The notes under the pieces were generated by a model. That model saw only the letters and a program-made list of their open reading frames with translations, was not told the DNA's origin and ran no database searches. Of a DNA stretch of 64,000 nt, positions 35,870 to 50,271 are shown piece after piece. The position numbers and the translations under genes are program-made. Source of the DNA: Amphiscolops sp. MND2022 (Eukaryota); NCBI GenBank assembly GCA_964187785.1, contig OZ076409.1, positions 20,276,001-20,340,000 of the forward strand, in the 5' to 3' direction. Each line of letters starts with the position of its first letter. Positions within the stretch are counted from its first letter, which is position 1.

Positions 35870-38390
35870 TATATGATATTTATCGACCATGAGAAATAAA
35901 CATACACATATATACTATTAACGTCCCCTGAAAAGGCTTCCTAAAAGCACAAAGGCTTTTCAGGAGAAAGCCTTTAAGTTGACATGAAACTTAAGTTTAG
36001 TTTTTTGAGTTTGGGTGTGGTAGAGATTTGACATTTATTTATCAGTTTTATTTACTTGTAGATAACCTCGATCAGCTCGCCGTTGCCGAAATTATATACA
36101 GATTTGCAATTTGGTGATAGAATTTTCTAAATTGTTTTCGTCCATTTCACATATTATTCTGTCAGAAGGTAGTACTCCCCATTTACTAAAGTATTCAAGT
36201 AGTACGCAAAGCATTCATTAGAATTATGGCACGAGATTCCACCTTGTCAACCCCTACCGCAAAGTTCCAAATATTTAAACTTCTATTCCTTGTCTGTCTG
36301 TTTTCAGTCCCAATATTTAGAATTTTGAAACCATTTCGAATCTGGCTTAGGGAAAACTTGAGGATCTCGTAAATGTGGTACTCATAAACTGTTCTAATGT
36401 TCATCTCTTTGAATTTTCCTATAACACTGGTTGTGACAGGAAGCCGTAGAGCTATCCCGATCAGTTTTATCTGAAGTATCATAATTTCGTGAAGTCTAGT
36501 TTTTGGCCCTAATCCAATACAGAAGAACACCATATTAAACAGTTGGTGTTATGTTCGAATATATTGTGCTAACTGTCTCTTTTTCAATGTTTCTCACAAT
36601 TTGTAACGGATTCCGCATTGTCGTGCGAGTTTGGCTACAACATTGTCAATGTGTAATTCAAAGTTCATTTTTAAATCAGAAGGTATGCCCAATATTTGTA
36701 ACTGTCACAAGAGGAAATTTCATGATCCCCAATTACTATATTTGAATGATTTGCTGATCTCTTCTCGAAAACGACAAACTTAGTTTTTGTGTAATTACAA
36801 TCAACTCCATTTTTATTCATCCAAGTTTGCATCAAATTTTTATCAGCAGACTTAGAGTTTAATTGTTCTCTCATTACTATTATCAGCATAATTTACAACT
36901 TTGCTGTGCCAATTTTTATCTGCACCAAGATCCTTTATGAAAACAATAAATAAACGTGGGCCCAGTGTTGACCCCTGTGGGACTCCGCGTTTTATTTCTT
37001 TCATTGCTGAACATTTTTCTTCAATTTTGACGTACTGGAACATATTTGCCAAATAATCTGTTAGGAGTTTATGCGAAATATCCCTGATACCGATATGGTA
37101 CAATTTATCCAACAAGACATTGTGAATAATTGAGTCGAACGCTTTTCTGAAATCAACAAAAATGCAGTTGGGTCTTGCTTTGGATTGTCAATTTGATTCT
37201 ATCGATTTATAGTGCGAAGTTGCTGCTTGGATGGTATCTTTCTTTTTTCTGAATCCGTATTGATTATCTGTGAGGATTGAAAATTTTTCAAGATAGTTCA
37301 ACGTTCAACATATTTTCTCAAATACTTTAGATAAATTGCCCAATATTGAAGTTGGTCTAATATTTGAGGCAAGATTTTTCTTGTCCTTTAAAAATTGGAA
37401 TTACTTCAGCTATTTTCAAAATTTATGGGAAAACGCTTTCAGGTATACATTAATTAGAGGCAGTTTTTAAATGGGGACTAACAATTCGCGCCTCTTTTTT
37501 CCAAGATTTTGACACCTATACCATCCATTCTTATGGCTTTTTGTTTTTTAATGATTCAATAATTATCAAGATTTCGCCATCTGCAACAGGGAGGAAAAAC
37601 ATAGATTGCGATTGTTCAGTTTGCTAACTTTTCCCTTTTTGAGTCAATGTAGTGTTCTTTGTATCCCTTGCAGAGATAAAATAATTGTAAAGTCGTCAAC
37701 AGAATGTCCAATATTTATTTTCACTTTGTTCCCAAACCTTTTTATTTCCTTATTATATTTTAAGAATTCTTTTGGATTATTTCGTTCAAATTTGTCCTGA
37801 ACTTCATTCCGTTTTGCAATTTTAATTTCCATGTTTTGTTTCATTTCGTTTTTTTTCTGTATGTCTTTATTTGTAATGTGTCTTTTGATACGGCTTGTTA
37901 TCCATGACGTTTTTGGAATATGCCTTTTAACTTGTTTAGGCGGGAAGTATTTATTTGTTGACTCATTTATTAATTGTACAATACTTTCTAGATTTGTTTC
38001 TGCGTTCGTATTCTGCTCACTTATCTTGCCCAAAGAATGACTCAGAAAGAAGAGAAATTTTTCACAAAATAGGATTATCTAATTTCTTCAAAGATCTGAA
38101 CTCTGATGATCTTCAAAGATCTGATGAGAAAAATTCAATTTCAATTTCCGAGTATAGTGATCAGAAAACGTAGTTTTTTCGATCTGGGATTGTTGAACCG
38201 GAATATTGCTGTATATTGAGTCAATGCATGTGCTAGAAGTGACTGTTTGTCTGGTCGTTTCTCTCAAACTAACCAAGTCAAGTCCTTGTGACATCATCAA
38301 GTTTTCTATTGTTACTCGTGCTGTAAGATTCTCAGTAATCAGATCCATGTTAAAGTCTCCTCTAAACAATTATTTGACAGTTTGAGAGCT
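35870..38390 (-). mobile_element. 5'-truncated CR1/L2-group LINE in SIRT2 intron 2
   Basis: APE motifs GDFNMDL, TR..S.TCID.I.SN and SDHY. RT motifs GVPQGSTLGPRLF and YAD. A 3' stem-loop CCTGAAAAG..CTTTTCAGG lies at about 35927-35964. Confidence 0.88.
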
Positions 38391-38957
38391 CAAAAATTTT
38401 TATGCGTTGTTTTTTGTTTCACCTAGTAGTGCCCTAAATGCAGATCGCAAGTTTTTTGAAGGTCGACGTCGTTGGCTTTTGTCAAAGCCAGCCGTTGGTC
38501 AAGTTTTAGCACGTCATTGTTTGCATTAAAGAACTATTGTAATTCCGCTTTGCCTGTTTTCTAAACTTGCTCGTATTTTGACCTCACGTCATTTGTTGAA
38601 GCAACACACTGGAAGGATCCTAATATAAAATAATTGCTCGGAAAAGTCAAATACGATTTGAAGGGTTTCGATTATTTTCACCCCAGTTACAAAAGGACAC
38701 CGGAGCAAGTTGTCGCTATTACATTAAAGATAGCGTTAAAAAGTCCAAATTTGTTCTGTTCAATGAAATCAATGTTTTTAATCCAAAAATGCGTTTAAAG
38801 TTGGTCAATAATCTCTCCGCGTTGGATTTGACGGAAAATAGGCCAAACATTACTTATGATCGTTTCGTTCCATTCAATGATTGAATGCTTTCGACAACAA
38901 TCAAAAGGCAATATTATTTTTGGAGCTATTGGACTTCAGCATGCTGTAATGTTTAAG

Positions 38958-39177
38958 GATTACCACCGGAACTTAACATAGAAGCACACGGCACTATTGT
39001 GACGTCGACTTGTTTGAAATGCCGTGCGAAATATTCGATGGAAGAAATGAAAGTGAAGTTGGTTGAGAAGAACGAACAAGTCCCTTATTGTGACAAGAAA
39101 GAAGGCTGTGATGGTCTCATCAAACCCGATGTTGTGCTTTTTGGCGAATCTTTACCCGGGAGGTTTATGCGCAACAT
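38958..39177 (+). CDS. SIRT2: SIRT2 coding exon 3 (catalytic His, zinc-binding Cys, FGE loop)
   Basis: TTTAAG acceptor and GTAAGT donor. Encodes IEAHGT..STCLKC..VPYC..C.GLIKPDVVLFGESLP.RF. Confidence 0.92.
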
Positions 39178-39605
39178 GTAAGTTGAATCATGTTTGTATG
39201 TTGCAGTCTGTAGTAGATGCCCTAGTTACTATTAGTCAAATTACTTAGTCCCAAAACCGTAATTGCGGAAAGTGAGTTCGGGGTTTGAATAATTTCTAGT
39301 TTCTTTTTGAAATTAATGCTACTTAGTTCATATCAAAGAGGTTGGTCAATATCTCGGTGCTTTCTGTCATAAAGGTAACTCGGTTCACTGAATATAGCCA
39401 TGGAGGACACCCAAATATGAAGGGTTTAGGCGGAGCAAGGCCCTAATCAACGGTTTGACAGCGAAATGTGGTTCAGCTATCGCTACCGCTAATGATTAAA
39501 AGTTAAACGTTTCATTTCTCTCTTTCTTTCTCGCCTCAAACTTTCTCGCCTCGTGTGATTATGGGTTCTGTTACACTGAGTTTTTTCAATGGGTTTCATT
39601 TTCAG

Positions 39606-39732
39606 GCACAGTGATTTAGGTAGCGCTGACCTGTTGATCATTATGGGCACTTCACTTCAAGTGGCTCCCTTCTGCAATCTGCCTCATGTGGCCAGTCTCA
39701 GTTGCCCTCGTCTCTTAATCAATCTTACAGCA
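39606..39732 (+). CDS. SIRT2: SIRT2 coding exon 4
   Basis: TTTCAG acceptor and GTTAGT donor. Encodes DLLIIMGTSLQVAPF..L....PRLLIN. Confidence 0.92.
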
Positions 39733-39961
39733 GTTAGTTTCGTTTTTTGTTCCTATATTCATTCTGATAAATAATATATGGGTCGCTGAATAAGCATGGA
39801 ACTTTTCAATTTATGCATTCATTGCAAATATCCATAACCCATTGAATATCTCTGCGAACTGTAACTTAAGCATTGAAAAGTCTAGTGACTTCAGATGGAA
39901 TGAGCGCGCCAATAAAAGTTTGTATTATATCCCTTGGAGAAAGTTTCCAGAATGCATTTAA

Positions 39962-40524
39962 CCTTAAGTTGACCACGAAAATTCTGGATCCATCCAAAAA
40001 TCGGGTTCTTAAACTTTAAACCGCAATATCTTCTAATCTTCTAAACTATTCAAGTCCGACAAACGATTTATAGAGCGTTCAAAAGAAGAGCATCAGGGCT
40101 ATCAAATCAATGTTTAAACTGCTGGGCTGGGGGCCCGCTAGCGCGGGCTCTTGCGTGCAAAGTATTTTGCGCGAAGTCCTCCGCTGACGTGAAGCTTCGC
40201 CGCACTGGCTCCGGACTTTGCGCCAAAACTTTGCACGCGTCGTGTCTCTGATTGCTTTTCAACATGTTTCATGCTGGGGCCGCTTTGACCCAATGTTGAT
40301 ACCAGTGGGATAAAAGGGCCACAAACGAAAACGGGAAATCTGCACTCAATTTTTTTTTGATTTTGTGGTCCCGATTTCTTGATATTCCGTGAAAAGGCGC
40401 CGAATGCTATGCAATATCGTCTGAAAATCTTATTCAAGAGTTTTCTTTGCCATACAATCAGCTGGTGCGTTTAGAATTTGCAGATACTAAATGTGCCGAA
40501 TTCGTCACAGTGTCCAAGTTAGGG
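39962..40524. mobile_element. piggyBac-like MITE (copy 2), in SIRT2 intron 4
   Basis: TTAA-CCTTAAGTTG ... CCAAGTTAGGG-TTAA ends. Homologous to 18808-19293. Confidence 0.75.
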
Positions 40525-41416
40525 TTAAAGGTCATTGTATTTGAGAGAATGATTTCAAACTTCACACCCACGATCAGTGTCGTAATAAATACTTTGCAAT
40601 TATTTCTTATCGAATATTTCGAGGCAGCGATGATATCCGTGTACCTTGGTTAGCAAGTTTTGCCATCTCTAGAAACCAAAAAACTAAACTAGTATCAATT
40701 TTTCAAAAAAAAATAGACAGCATTTCTACAACAGTTCTTCATGGAAGCTGAAAAAAGCTCTTGATACGAAACAGGTGATTCCTGACAGCACACAAGATCT
40801 CAGCCTGCAATCTTTAAAGTTTACTAATAAGACAAGAAATTTATCGTCTCAATGAAATGCTCAAAGAATTTTTCGTTTAAATTATTTGAAATTATTCAAA
40901 TTGGAAATTTGACATTGCCTACTTTGAGGTCATTTTGGGGCATTTTTCAGGCAATTTTTCAAAAAGTTCAACTAATGCGTGTGCTACGAAAGTTTATGTG
41001 GTAGTTGAATTCTGTGAATGAACTTCTATCTTATGAGTAAGAAATTTGAATAAAAATGAGAGATTTTCTTTTTAGGAGTCGGAAGAAGTTTTCGACTACT
41101 TATGCACTCGTACCTTTTTTCTCCTTGAAGGTCCTTTCAATGAAAATTTCTCAACTGTCCATACGATTTTTAAAAAATTATGACAGTCGTTCTACATCCA
41201 AAGGTGCTCCTGTGTGCATAATGACATCAAAATCTTATGACTGAGATCTGAGAAACAGCCAAAGTTAGTCCAAAGGACAAAAAAGTAACGCAATTTGTTT
41301 TTCAATATTTTATTTCATTTCCGACTCCTTTACCGCACATGCGGCTCTGATTTTATATAGAATATGGACGAGAAATATTTATGGACACCCAATTGGCAAG
41401 AACTCCGTTGTTTCAG

Positions 41417-41635
41417 GTGGGACAGGATCCTGATGGTCCGTCTGGTTGGTTGATGAAGAAGATAATGGGCGTGAAAGACCCTGGAATGGATTATGACTCA
41501 GAGACTGCGTACCGAGATGTCTTCTTCCAGACCACGTGTGACGAAGGTGTCACCAAGTTGACAGAGCTGCTTGGTTGGACTGAAGACCTCGAAGCCCTCA
41601 TTAATGATCCCAAAAATAAAACATTAAAGTTGTGA
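41417..41635 (+). CDS. SIRT2: SIRT2 last coding exon
   Basis: TTTCAG acceptor. GQDP..GMDYDSETAYRDV..CDEGV..L.ELLGW matches the SIRT2-specific insert (human GMDFDSKKAYRDV). The spliced CDS is 966 nt. Confidence 0.92.
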   Translation: MGQDPDGPSGWLMKKIMGVKDPGMDYDSETAYRDVFFQTTCDEGVTKLTELLGWTEDLEALINDPKNKTLKL

Positions 41636-42321
41636 AAAGATACTTGATACTTTTACTAAATATCTAAGTAATATTTTTTACCAATTCCATATTTAAATAT
41701 TTTAACTAAATATTTAAGTACTATTTTACAAATTTTTCTGATGTTCCATATTTGAATGAATTCAATTTTTGCTTAGTTTCAATACGTTCTACTTCATATA
41801 GAAAATAAGATGAAGTTCTCCAGCTTCATGTGAGGTAAAGTTGAATCCAATATTCTCAAAGTGCAATGTATTTTCTGCAGCTTGCTTGTGGCCTGGATTT
41901 TTAGAGATCTGGCATCGTCTGTTTGACCCAAAACTTCCCTATAACGAAAATTCTACAAAAATTTTGAAATTTTTGGCTGAATTTACTATGTTCAATTGTG
42001 AGACTATTCTGGCGTCCAATCGCAATTGATTTCGAACAATTAGACGATGACAAATGGTACAGATAAAAATCAGAAAAACACGCTTAAACAGAGTCAAATG
42101 GTAAAAACAGACGCTTATGCACTTAGTGCAAGGTTTGCGATTTTTAAAGTGCAGGAGTTTTATGACGGAAGGTTGCGTGAAGAAGACGCAGCAGCATATC
42201 AAACGCTTACTGGAAACTTAAGAAAAAGCATACTTCCTAGAAAGTTCAATTTTTTTCTTGTCTCCGTCAAAAAAGCCCAAAGTTGAAATTTCTGAAACAA
42301 TGGTGTAGTGGATATGGTGAA

Positions 42322-42655
42322 GGGAGCACGGGGCAGTGGTTAGAGCATTCGCCACACACATGGGCGGTATCAGGTTCGAATCTCTCAACTCGCCATTGTT
42401 GGGCTTTATGCAAGTCCTTCATCCCTAGCTTTGTGGTATGGTAATTGACAAAAAATAACACATTTGGCGGAGAAAAGCAAAAGCAAGGAGCAGTCAGACA
42501 TTTGTGACATAGAGCTTCAAGTCCACTTGCTTGACCATTTGGCTGTAAACTTAGTACCATAACTTGCTATGGGGTTAGTATCTGAAAAAGGCATCAACTT
42601 AGAAAAGCAGAACTGCCTATTCGGCGTCCCGCGGAATTGGGGAAATTAACTTTAA
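42322..42655 (+). mobile_element. tRNA-derived SINE, near full length
   Basis: A-box-like GGGCAGTGGTTAG and B box GGTTCGAATC. A second copy is at 17580-17885. Confidence 0.78.
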
Positions 42656-43602
42656 CAATTTCCAAACAAAATGCTGCCAAAACGATTCTGTTTCGATTCT
42701 GCATATATGGCTGCTCTAAGAAAAAATTTTATATTAACTTCAAATAATACCAAAATGATGCTTAGCGACTAGCTCTACCAGAAGTGAAACCAGAAGTTGG
42801 TCCGCCAAAACCTGAAAGAACCATAACTTCTCTGCAAACCATCAAAGTCCTGATTTAAGGGACTTTTTACCATCTTACTCAGTAGTACCTATCCAGAAGA
42901 GGACTTCTGAATTCAGTAGACTTCTGAATAGTTTCTTAATGAACGAACAACCGGCTAAACTGGTTTGCTGAAGTTGAACTTGATCGAAGCCGATTAAGTC
43001 AGTCCTGCATATAGGCACTAAAACATGAAACAAAGCGGAGTTAGGAAACTGGCATTGAGGAAAACTAAAAAACTGTAACTAGTAATTTTAGTATGAATAT
43101 TTTTCACAAAGTTTTAAGTGCTCTATTAAAACACCCTTTGCTCTATGTTTATCGCGTTCTCGAATTTCAGATTACTCCTCCATATGAATTTTCGGGAAAT
43201 TTAAGCTTAGCAGAGTGTTGAACAGCCAAATAATGCGTTTTTTGGTTGCTTGAACTTGAGAGCGTTCTCCACCGATATCTACCGTTGAACTGAATATAAA
43301 ACATTTTTTCAAACAAGTGCGGAATATAATTGGTATGGCAATTCTGCATCGCTGATTGTCACTATTCAATAGGCGGATTCAACATGCACAGAAATTTTGT
43401 CAGACTGGAGTTTTCTGTATTTCTATTGTAAACAAGAAGAGAATAGAAGATTCTAATTAATTTGATGCCCGAGGGCGTACAAATTACAAACCTAAATGAA
43501 TTTGATTGTCACCAGTTATGGAAGCACTAGCGTTGCAGATAATTCTGCACAAAACAGAAAGGTTATTCAAGTTATCAGTTTTCACGGTATTCATCAGCTG
43601 GT

Positions 43603-44010
43603 CTAGTTTTTAGTCGGCGCTTCATGAAGTGAAACGCGACTATTATAATGACTCTTTTTTTTCTATCCACACGAACTGACCAAAATAGTTCTACAAAAAT
43701 TCTACAAAATATTATTGCCCCAAATTGCACTATTTGATCTGAACCAAAAAGGTTTTTCCTGTTTTTCCGCATAACATACCATACCGGGCGAGACCAAAAG
43801 CTCCCCCCTTTCATTTTTTTCGGCACTGCCGATTTTTTTGGGCGCGCCACTCGATCCATTTTTTCGATTATGTAATTTTTTCGAAAATTTTTTTTTCAAA
43901 AAAATTTCGATTTTCGAGTACTGTAAAAGAGAATACTTGACACTTGGAAGTCTTTGTGCTATTTTTGAGCCTTGGATATAGCGCCGACTTGGGCCGGTCC
44001 TGGCTTGTAT
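43603..44010 (-). mobile_element. Non-autonomous element with asymmetric subterminal inverted repeats (Helentron/HINE-like)
   Basis: AGTCGGCGCT near 43612 and AGCGCCGACT near 43981. The minus strand starts ACAAGCCAGGACCGGCCC. No TSD is evident. Confidence 0.4.
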
Positions 44011-44379
44011 TAAGTTCGGGTAGTTACAGAAATACTGCAGCAGGAGTCTTCCACGATCAGTTTGGAAAAACATACAGACTACTAGTAGGTGGTATTTTTC
44101 GGCTCTACATGTTTCTTTGCAGAACGGTCATGTATTGCTTTCGCTCCCTACGATCTTGTCTTTTACCGTTAGCAAAATTATAGGTGCACACTTGAAATGG
44201 GTCAGTCTTATCATTTCTTTAAAATTCCTTTTGCGAATTTACATTTCTAATTCAGGCTTTTGCTTGTATATACTGTAACATTCACACATGGGCGTTGCGC
44301 ACGTCATTGTTTGCCAAGATTGGCTAGCAAGATCCTCACAGTATATTCTGATATATTTGTTGAACTCATTGTCATAAAC

Positions 44380-44569
44380 TGTAGTGACAGTCTAGAAAGC
44401 TTTAATTAGACTGTACAGTACCTGCCCACGAACTATAAAAGACTACTTGTGCTTAATTCAGTTGATGCTACTTTTTACAGTACTATAGTTTGATGATACT
44501 AGTAGTTATTGAAGTACAACATTTAAACTCGAGCATCCTTACTATCATTCTTTTTATCAGTCTATAACA
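44380..44569 (+). repeat. Gypsy 5' LTR
   Basis: Direct repeat of 50078-50271, contains TATAAAA, and is followed by the PBS. Confidence 0.93.
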
Positions 44570-47500
44570 TGGCGCAGTCATAAAAGAAAGAACGAGAAAA
44601 ACAATGGAAAGCACGAATACTAACAATGGAACCGACCCAACGGTGGCAAATCAAACAACAGTCGAAAGGAATGAGAGGAACAAATACAAAATCCCGTTTC
44701 TATCGGACAGAGAGACTGATCTATCAGAAATCAACCGCAGAATGTGGTGGGAACAGATATCAGAATATAACGACCTGACATATCCAAAGAAATTAGAAGG
44801 TTTGATAGAACAGGGAACTGACACCATGGACCCACACACAACATATCACATCAAAGGCGATGTCATATGGGCATTGGGCACAAAAGCGAAACAAGAGATT
44901 ATGAGGGGCCAATGGGGAAAAGAAATAAAAAGCATCCGCCTACGAGAATTGCTCAAACTGTTCAAAAAGACCCTTCTACCCACAAGAAACGTATTCCATA
45001 GCAGAGCCCAATTCTTCATTATCAGACAAGAAGATGGCGAAACCCTAAACGAATACTGGAAAAGTTGGTAGATATCGAAAGGAATTCAGCACTATTACAC
45101 CCAAAGATAATATCACCTACAAATTCGCAATATCCATCAACGACAAGAAAGCCAAGAAAAACAAGTTTAAAAAAGGCCCATTGAAGCTAAAGCTAATACT
45201 GGAAACCATAGAGTTAGATAACTAAAACCGCAAATACGGGGACAAACAAATCAAATTCAAATACGGAAAAACTCCTCTGAAATTACATCCGAGGACGAGC
45301 AAGTCGGATACACCAAGCCCGTAACAAAAAAGCTACCTTCACCGGTAAGAAGAAAACCACCGAACAAAACTGCCATTTTTGCGGGAAGGCCAACTGGACA
45401 CCCGATGACATTTGCCCGGCACGGAAGGCTAAATGCAATAACTGTAAAAAGTCGGGGCATTTTGCAAACGTCTGCCAATCCAGGAACGTAAACCGGATAC
45501 ATGAAGAGGATACCGGTAGCAACACGGAGTCTTGGCCAGAAATAGACCATTTCCAACCCGTCAACGGCATAATTCGTGTAGATTTTTACAAAACCATCCT
45601 AATGGTGAAGGGACATTCAATAGAATTTATCATTGACACCGGCTCTCCAGTGACAATAATTCCACCAATTATTAATCCAAAAGAAACCAATATAGGTTCA
45701 AAGTGTTTTGTTGACGTAAACAAAAAAAAATCCGATAAAATTTAAAGGCGAAGCCATGGTTGAAGTCAAGACTGAGAAAACTAAAGTAGCACTACCCACT
45801 TTAATCACAGAAAAGGAGAACACACAACCTTTACTGGGGCTAGACTGGCTAGATAAACAGGAAATTTGCCTACAAGGAAATCGCGAGACAAACATCATTC
45901 GAAATATAACCGCCAATGAAAGATGTTAGAAAATGTTTGAAGAGTTTGAAAGTCTTTATAAAAAAGAACAATACGATAAGAGGCTTAACAATAGACATTC
46001 AGTTGAGAAAAGACGCCAAACCCATGCAACAAAAGGAGCGACCAGTACGCATTCAATTCAAAAAAATAGTGAAGAACGAATAGGAAAAATTAATCGAAAC
46101 AGGGCTTTTGGAAAAAACTGACAAAACAACTAATAACTGTTTCGTCTCATCGGGCGTTATAACAATCAAAAAAGATAAGTCGGTGAAAATTGCGTTAGAC
46201 TCCCGAAAACTGAACGTAACATGTATAAAAAGAAAAGCGACAATGCCAAACTTGGAGGAATTAATCAGTAAAACATCGGCAAAAATTTCAAGAAGTAACG
46301 GTGAAATACGGATGTCCAAAATTGACTTAGATTATGCGTACGGACAGGCAAAATTATCTATAGAAGCGTCAAGACATTGCGTGTTCTCAATCATCGGCGC
46401 TGACTTCACGGGACACTACCAATTCAAGAAGGGTTTTTACGGCCTATCGGACATCCCCACCGTGTTCCAAGAACACATAGACAATGTTTTAGAAGTTAAA
46501 ACACCAGTTTTGTTAGACGATATTATTTGCGTTACAAACGGAACAATAGAAGAACATGATGAACAAGCATTACGCGAGGTCAAATTACTCAAATTACAAA
46601 AAGCTGGTTACCGAGCAAGTGAAAGAAAAACAGAGTTATTCAAAAAAGAACTGACCTGGTTGTGATATCAGATAAACCAGAACGGGTTGAAGCCAATCCA
46701 AGATAAAACTGAAGCCATAACAAAACTAAAGTCTCCCGCAAACACCAAAGAACTAAAATCATTTTTGGGATCAAAACAACATTTGTCACTATTTCTGAAT
46801 AATTTGTCGGAAAAGACCGCGAAGATGAGAAGACTGCTAAAGAAAGATGTAAAAAGGGAATGGACGACAAAAATAAATGATGATTTTGAACAATTGAAGA
46901 AGGAAATAACTGAGGCTCCATGCCTAGCCCACTCCGACCCAAAAAAGATAATTTCATAACAACCGATGCCTGTAACACCGGATTAGCGGCAACCCTATGG
47001 CAAAGAGAAGGCGAGTTTTTTAGACCAGTGGCCTTCGCTAGCAGATTCCTCACCGATTGCGAAAGGAAATATGCCATAAATGAGCTAGAGTTGTTGGGTC
47101 TCGAATATTTCAGATATTACGTATACGGGAGAAAAGTTAATTTCCTAACCAACCACCAAGCAATACAATCGTTACTAAAGCGTAATAGGGCTCACAAGCA
47201 ATACAGCGCTAGACTCACACGGTGGCTAGAACGATTGCGCCATTACGACGTCAAGGTGCAGTATAAAGCCGGCAAGAACATTCCGTTAACGGATTATTTA
47301 AGCCGCCATCCGATTGCTCACAAGAGCGGAACGGAAACATCCTACGCACTCGACGAGAAAGAGTCCGAAGAAGAGTTTGTCATCAATCAGATATACAGCT
47401 TTATGAGTTCAATCGCACGAATGGAAGTATTACGCAACGGATCAACCGACCGTCATCGATACCAAAATCCGACCAATCACGGCACAGTATACAAACGTGT

Positions 47501-50077
47501 GAACAAACTAAGAACGGACATTCAAATCAAACACTCTTACCGCGAAACAACAATGAACCAGCAAACAGTGAAAACTTCAAAATCAATTTACCGTCAAAAT
47601 CGAAAATGGACAAAGTGAACGGAATCGATCTCGAATTCATTTTCAAAAAGAGAGGACATTCTCCAGAAACAAGCCGATTTCGCTCTGAAAGAAACAAAAT
47701 CCTTTAGTCAAACAAAACCAGAATCGTAGGGAGAGGCCGCGACAACGAACGTTTGCAAGAATATAGTCCTTCCCAAAAAAGCCGAAAAGAGATCGAACAT
47801 CAAAAGAGATCGAAAAGAGGTCAACATCATGACCTACAATCGAATCCTTCATTTTGGCGAAAGCTTGGGAACTATGCCACTTAGAGAATTCAACGAAAAT
47901 ATCCACGAATCATGGATTAATGCATCGTCAGACAGTGAAAATCAAGTTAGTCAACTACAAAAAGAAAAATGCCCGACAAACGTCTTGAGGAGGTTCAAGA
48001 AGCACAAAAGCGTCAACCTTATCAGACTAAAACAAACTGTCGAACATAATACATTGCCCGAAGAACGAAACGAAAAACAGCCGCGATGATCAAGAGAGCT
48101 GAGAAAGACTATGCAATGGACCTACCATTACTGGTTGAAAAGACGGCAAGAGACACGAAAATCTTGGATGCAATAGTTGCCCTCGAAACAGGAATTTCCG
48201 AGAACATCTTCTATCCATACCAACCGCACCGAGAACATTTAGAAACTCGTTTTGGGTTGCTGTTCTATAACGATAAAATCGTTATCCCGGAGGCAATGAG
48301 GTCGACAATAATCGCCATGCTTCACCAAGGACACGTACGTATCCATCAACAAAATGGACCAGTCAGCAGTGGCATTCTGGTGGCCCGGCTTACACCGCGA
48401 AATCGAAAAAAGAGCAGGAAAGTGCCCCAGAAGCAGAGCCGCAGGTAAGAACTTGAAACCACGTTTATCGCAACCGGCAATAAAAAGAATCGAAATTTTA
48501 ACTGAACCTGGCCACGAGATTCAATTGGATTTCGCCGGTCTAATAAAATCAAATTCACGCGGAGACATTTACATTTCTATCCCTATCGACCGTCTTAGCA
48601 AATGGCCAACGACCCAAATTTGTAAAAATACGGACTCTCAGATCGTAATAAAATTTTTCACCAAATACTGTACGGATAACGGGACACCACGAACCATTCG
48701 CACCGACAACGATAGTTGTTTCAAAGGTCAAGAATTTAAAGATTACTGCAGCGGTGAAAATATAAATCAAATACGGTATACTCCAAATTTACACACGGGA
48801 ACGGGACTGGTCGAAAGAACAATACGTACGGTTAAATCGCTATTTTGAGCCAATTTAGAAGACGGATTAACTTTTGAAGAGAGCGTCCAAATGTCAATTA
48901 AAACAATTAGACAGACACCACACAATACACTGAAAATGACAACCTTTCAACTACACCACGGAAGAAAACCACGCACGCCTAAAGTTAATTTGATAAGCCA
49001 ACCCGCCTGCCTTAAGGATGACTGGTAGAAAACATTAACAAATTACGTTTTAACACATCCCGCAGAGCTGCGGGTTTTTACAATACACGACTCTGACGGA
49101 GAACTCGCTGATTACCTGGTTCTCAACGAGTCAAGGAAGAGGGGTAGATCGGTAAGCAATAATTTTATAAATTACCAATTTTTCGAGAAAGAAACCAACC
49201 CAAATGCAATGAAATGCAGACATAAAGCCAACAAAATTTTAACTGCGGCTGGGGAAACTAAGCACACTATAACTACAACTGATGGGAAAACTATTCATAA
49301 AAAACTAGCGTCTAACCCCCCTATATTTCAGCCATCAAAGGAAGCGGAAGGGGCAAGAATGTCAACTAAAAGATGCACCAGATTCGGCCGCTTCAGTGAT
49401 GAAAAACTATGTGACACCCACAAAAGACTAATGTTGGAAAATAAGAAACTTGGAGATCAAAACAAACAGCCAACGAGTGCAAGCAAAACATTCCCGACAA
49501 TGCCGTCCAAACAGACGGAAGAAATCCCAGATATTACAATAAGATCCAATAGCCAATCTTCCAGAGCCAAAGGAACACCGAAGACAGCAGACATCGACCC
49601 CGAACTTACCATCACGGCTGAGATCAAACACAACAACGGCAACGAAACAAAACAGACGCAGATACCGCAAGACAACCAAAGGCCCGCAATCTCTTCGCCG
49701 GTTGGTTATAGTACAGAGTTGATACAACGACGCATCGCTAAGAACGCGGATATATTCCCAACCGGATCGCCGCAAAAACCCTCCACGTCGGTAAACAAAG
49801 GTATAGTAGATTTTAATTTTGGAAAAAGGGTGACGATACAAAAACAATAGAGGTGGAAAAAGGGATACGCAGATCAAATAGACTTTAAACAGCTAAAATA
49901 GTGAAAAAATGGGCGGAATAGAATATTTCTAATAAACTCTGAATCATTTAGAAAAAAGTTGACGAATCAGAAGGGAATCATCCACTTCACTCGTAGCCCC
50001 AAGAACACGACAAAGAAGGGAAACAAGAACGCTGGAGAAGATCAAGGCTGGTTTCCAAAATCCCGAAGAGGGGTGAA

Positions 50078-50271
50078 TGTAGAGGTGACAATTTAGACAG
50101 GTTTAATTAGACTGTACAGTACCTGCCCACGACCTATAAAAGACTCCTTGTGCTTAACTCCGTTGATGCTACTTTTTACAATACTAAAGTTTGATGATAC
50201 TATTTGTTATTGAAGTACAACATTCTTAACTCGAGCATCCTTACTATCATTCTTTTTATGAGTCTATAACA
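50078..50271 (+). repeat. Gypsy 3' LTR
   Basis: Preceded by the PPT; direct repeat of 44380-44569. Confidence 0.93.

Larger units (their letters stand above)
44380..50271 (+). mobile_element. Full-length but decayed Ty3/Gypsy (Mag-like) LTR retrotransposon
   Basis: LTRs 44380-44569 and 50078-50271 (TG...CA). PBS TGGCGCAGTC (44570-79, tRNA-Ser type). PPT GAAGAGGGGTGAA. TSD TAAAC/TTAAC. Gag CPAR..CNNC.K.GHFA.VC, protease FIIDTGS, RT (LLDD), RNase H (TDAC..E.EL..DYLSR) and integrase (H.GH, LDFAG, TDN, ER). Confidence 0.95.

Noticed and set aside
41624..41635. C-terminal LKL of SIRT2 as a peroxisomal PTS1
   Set aside because: Leu at position -3 does not fit the [SAC][KRH][LM] consensus.
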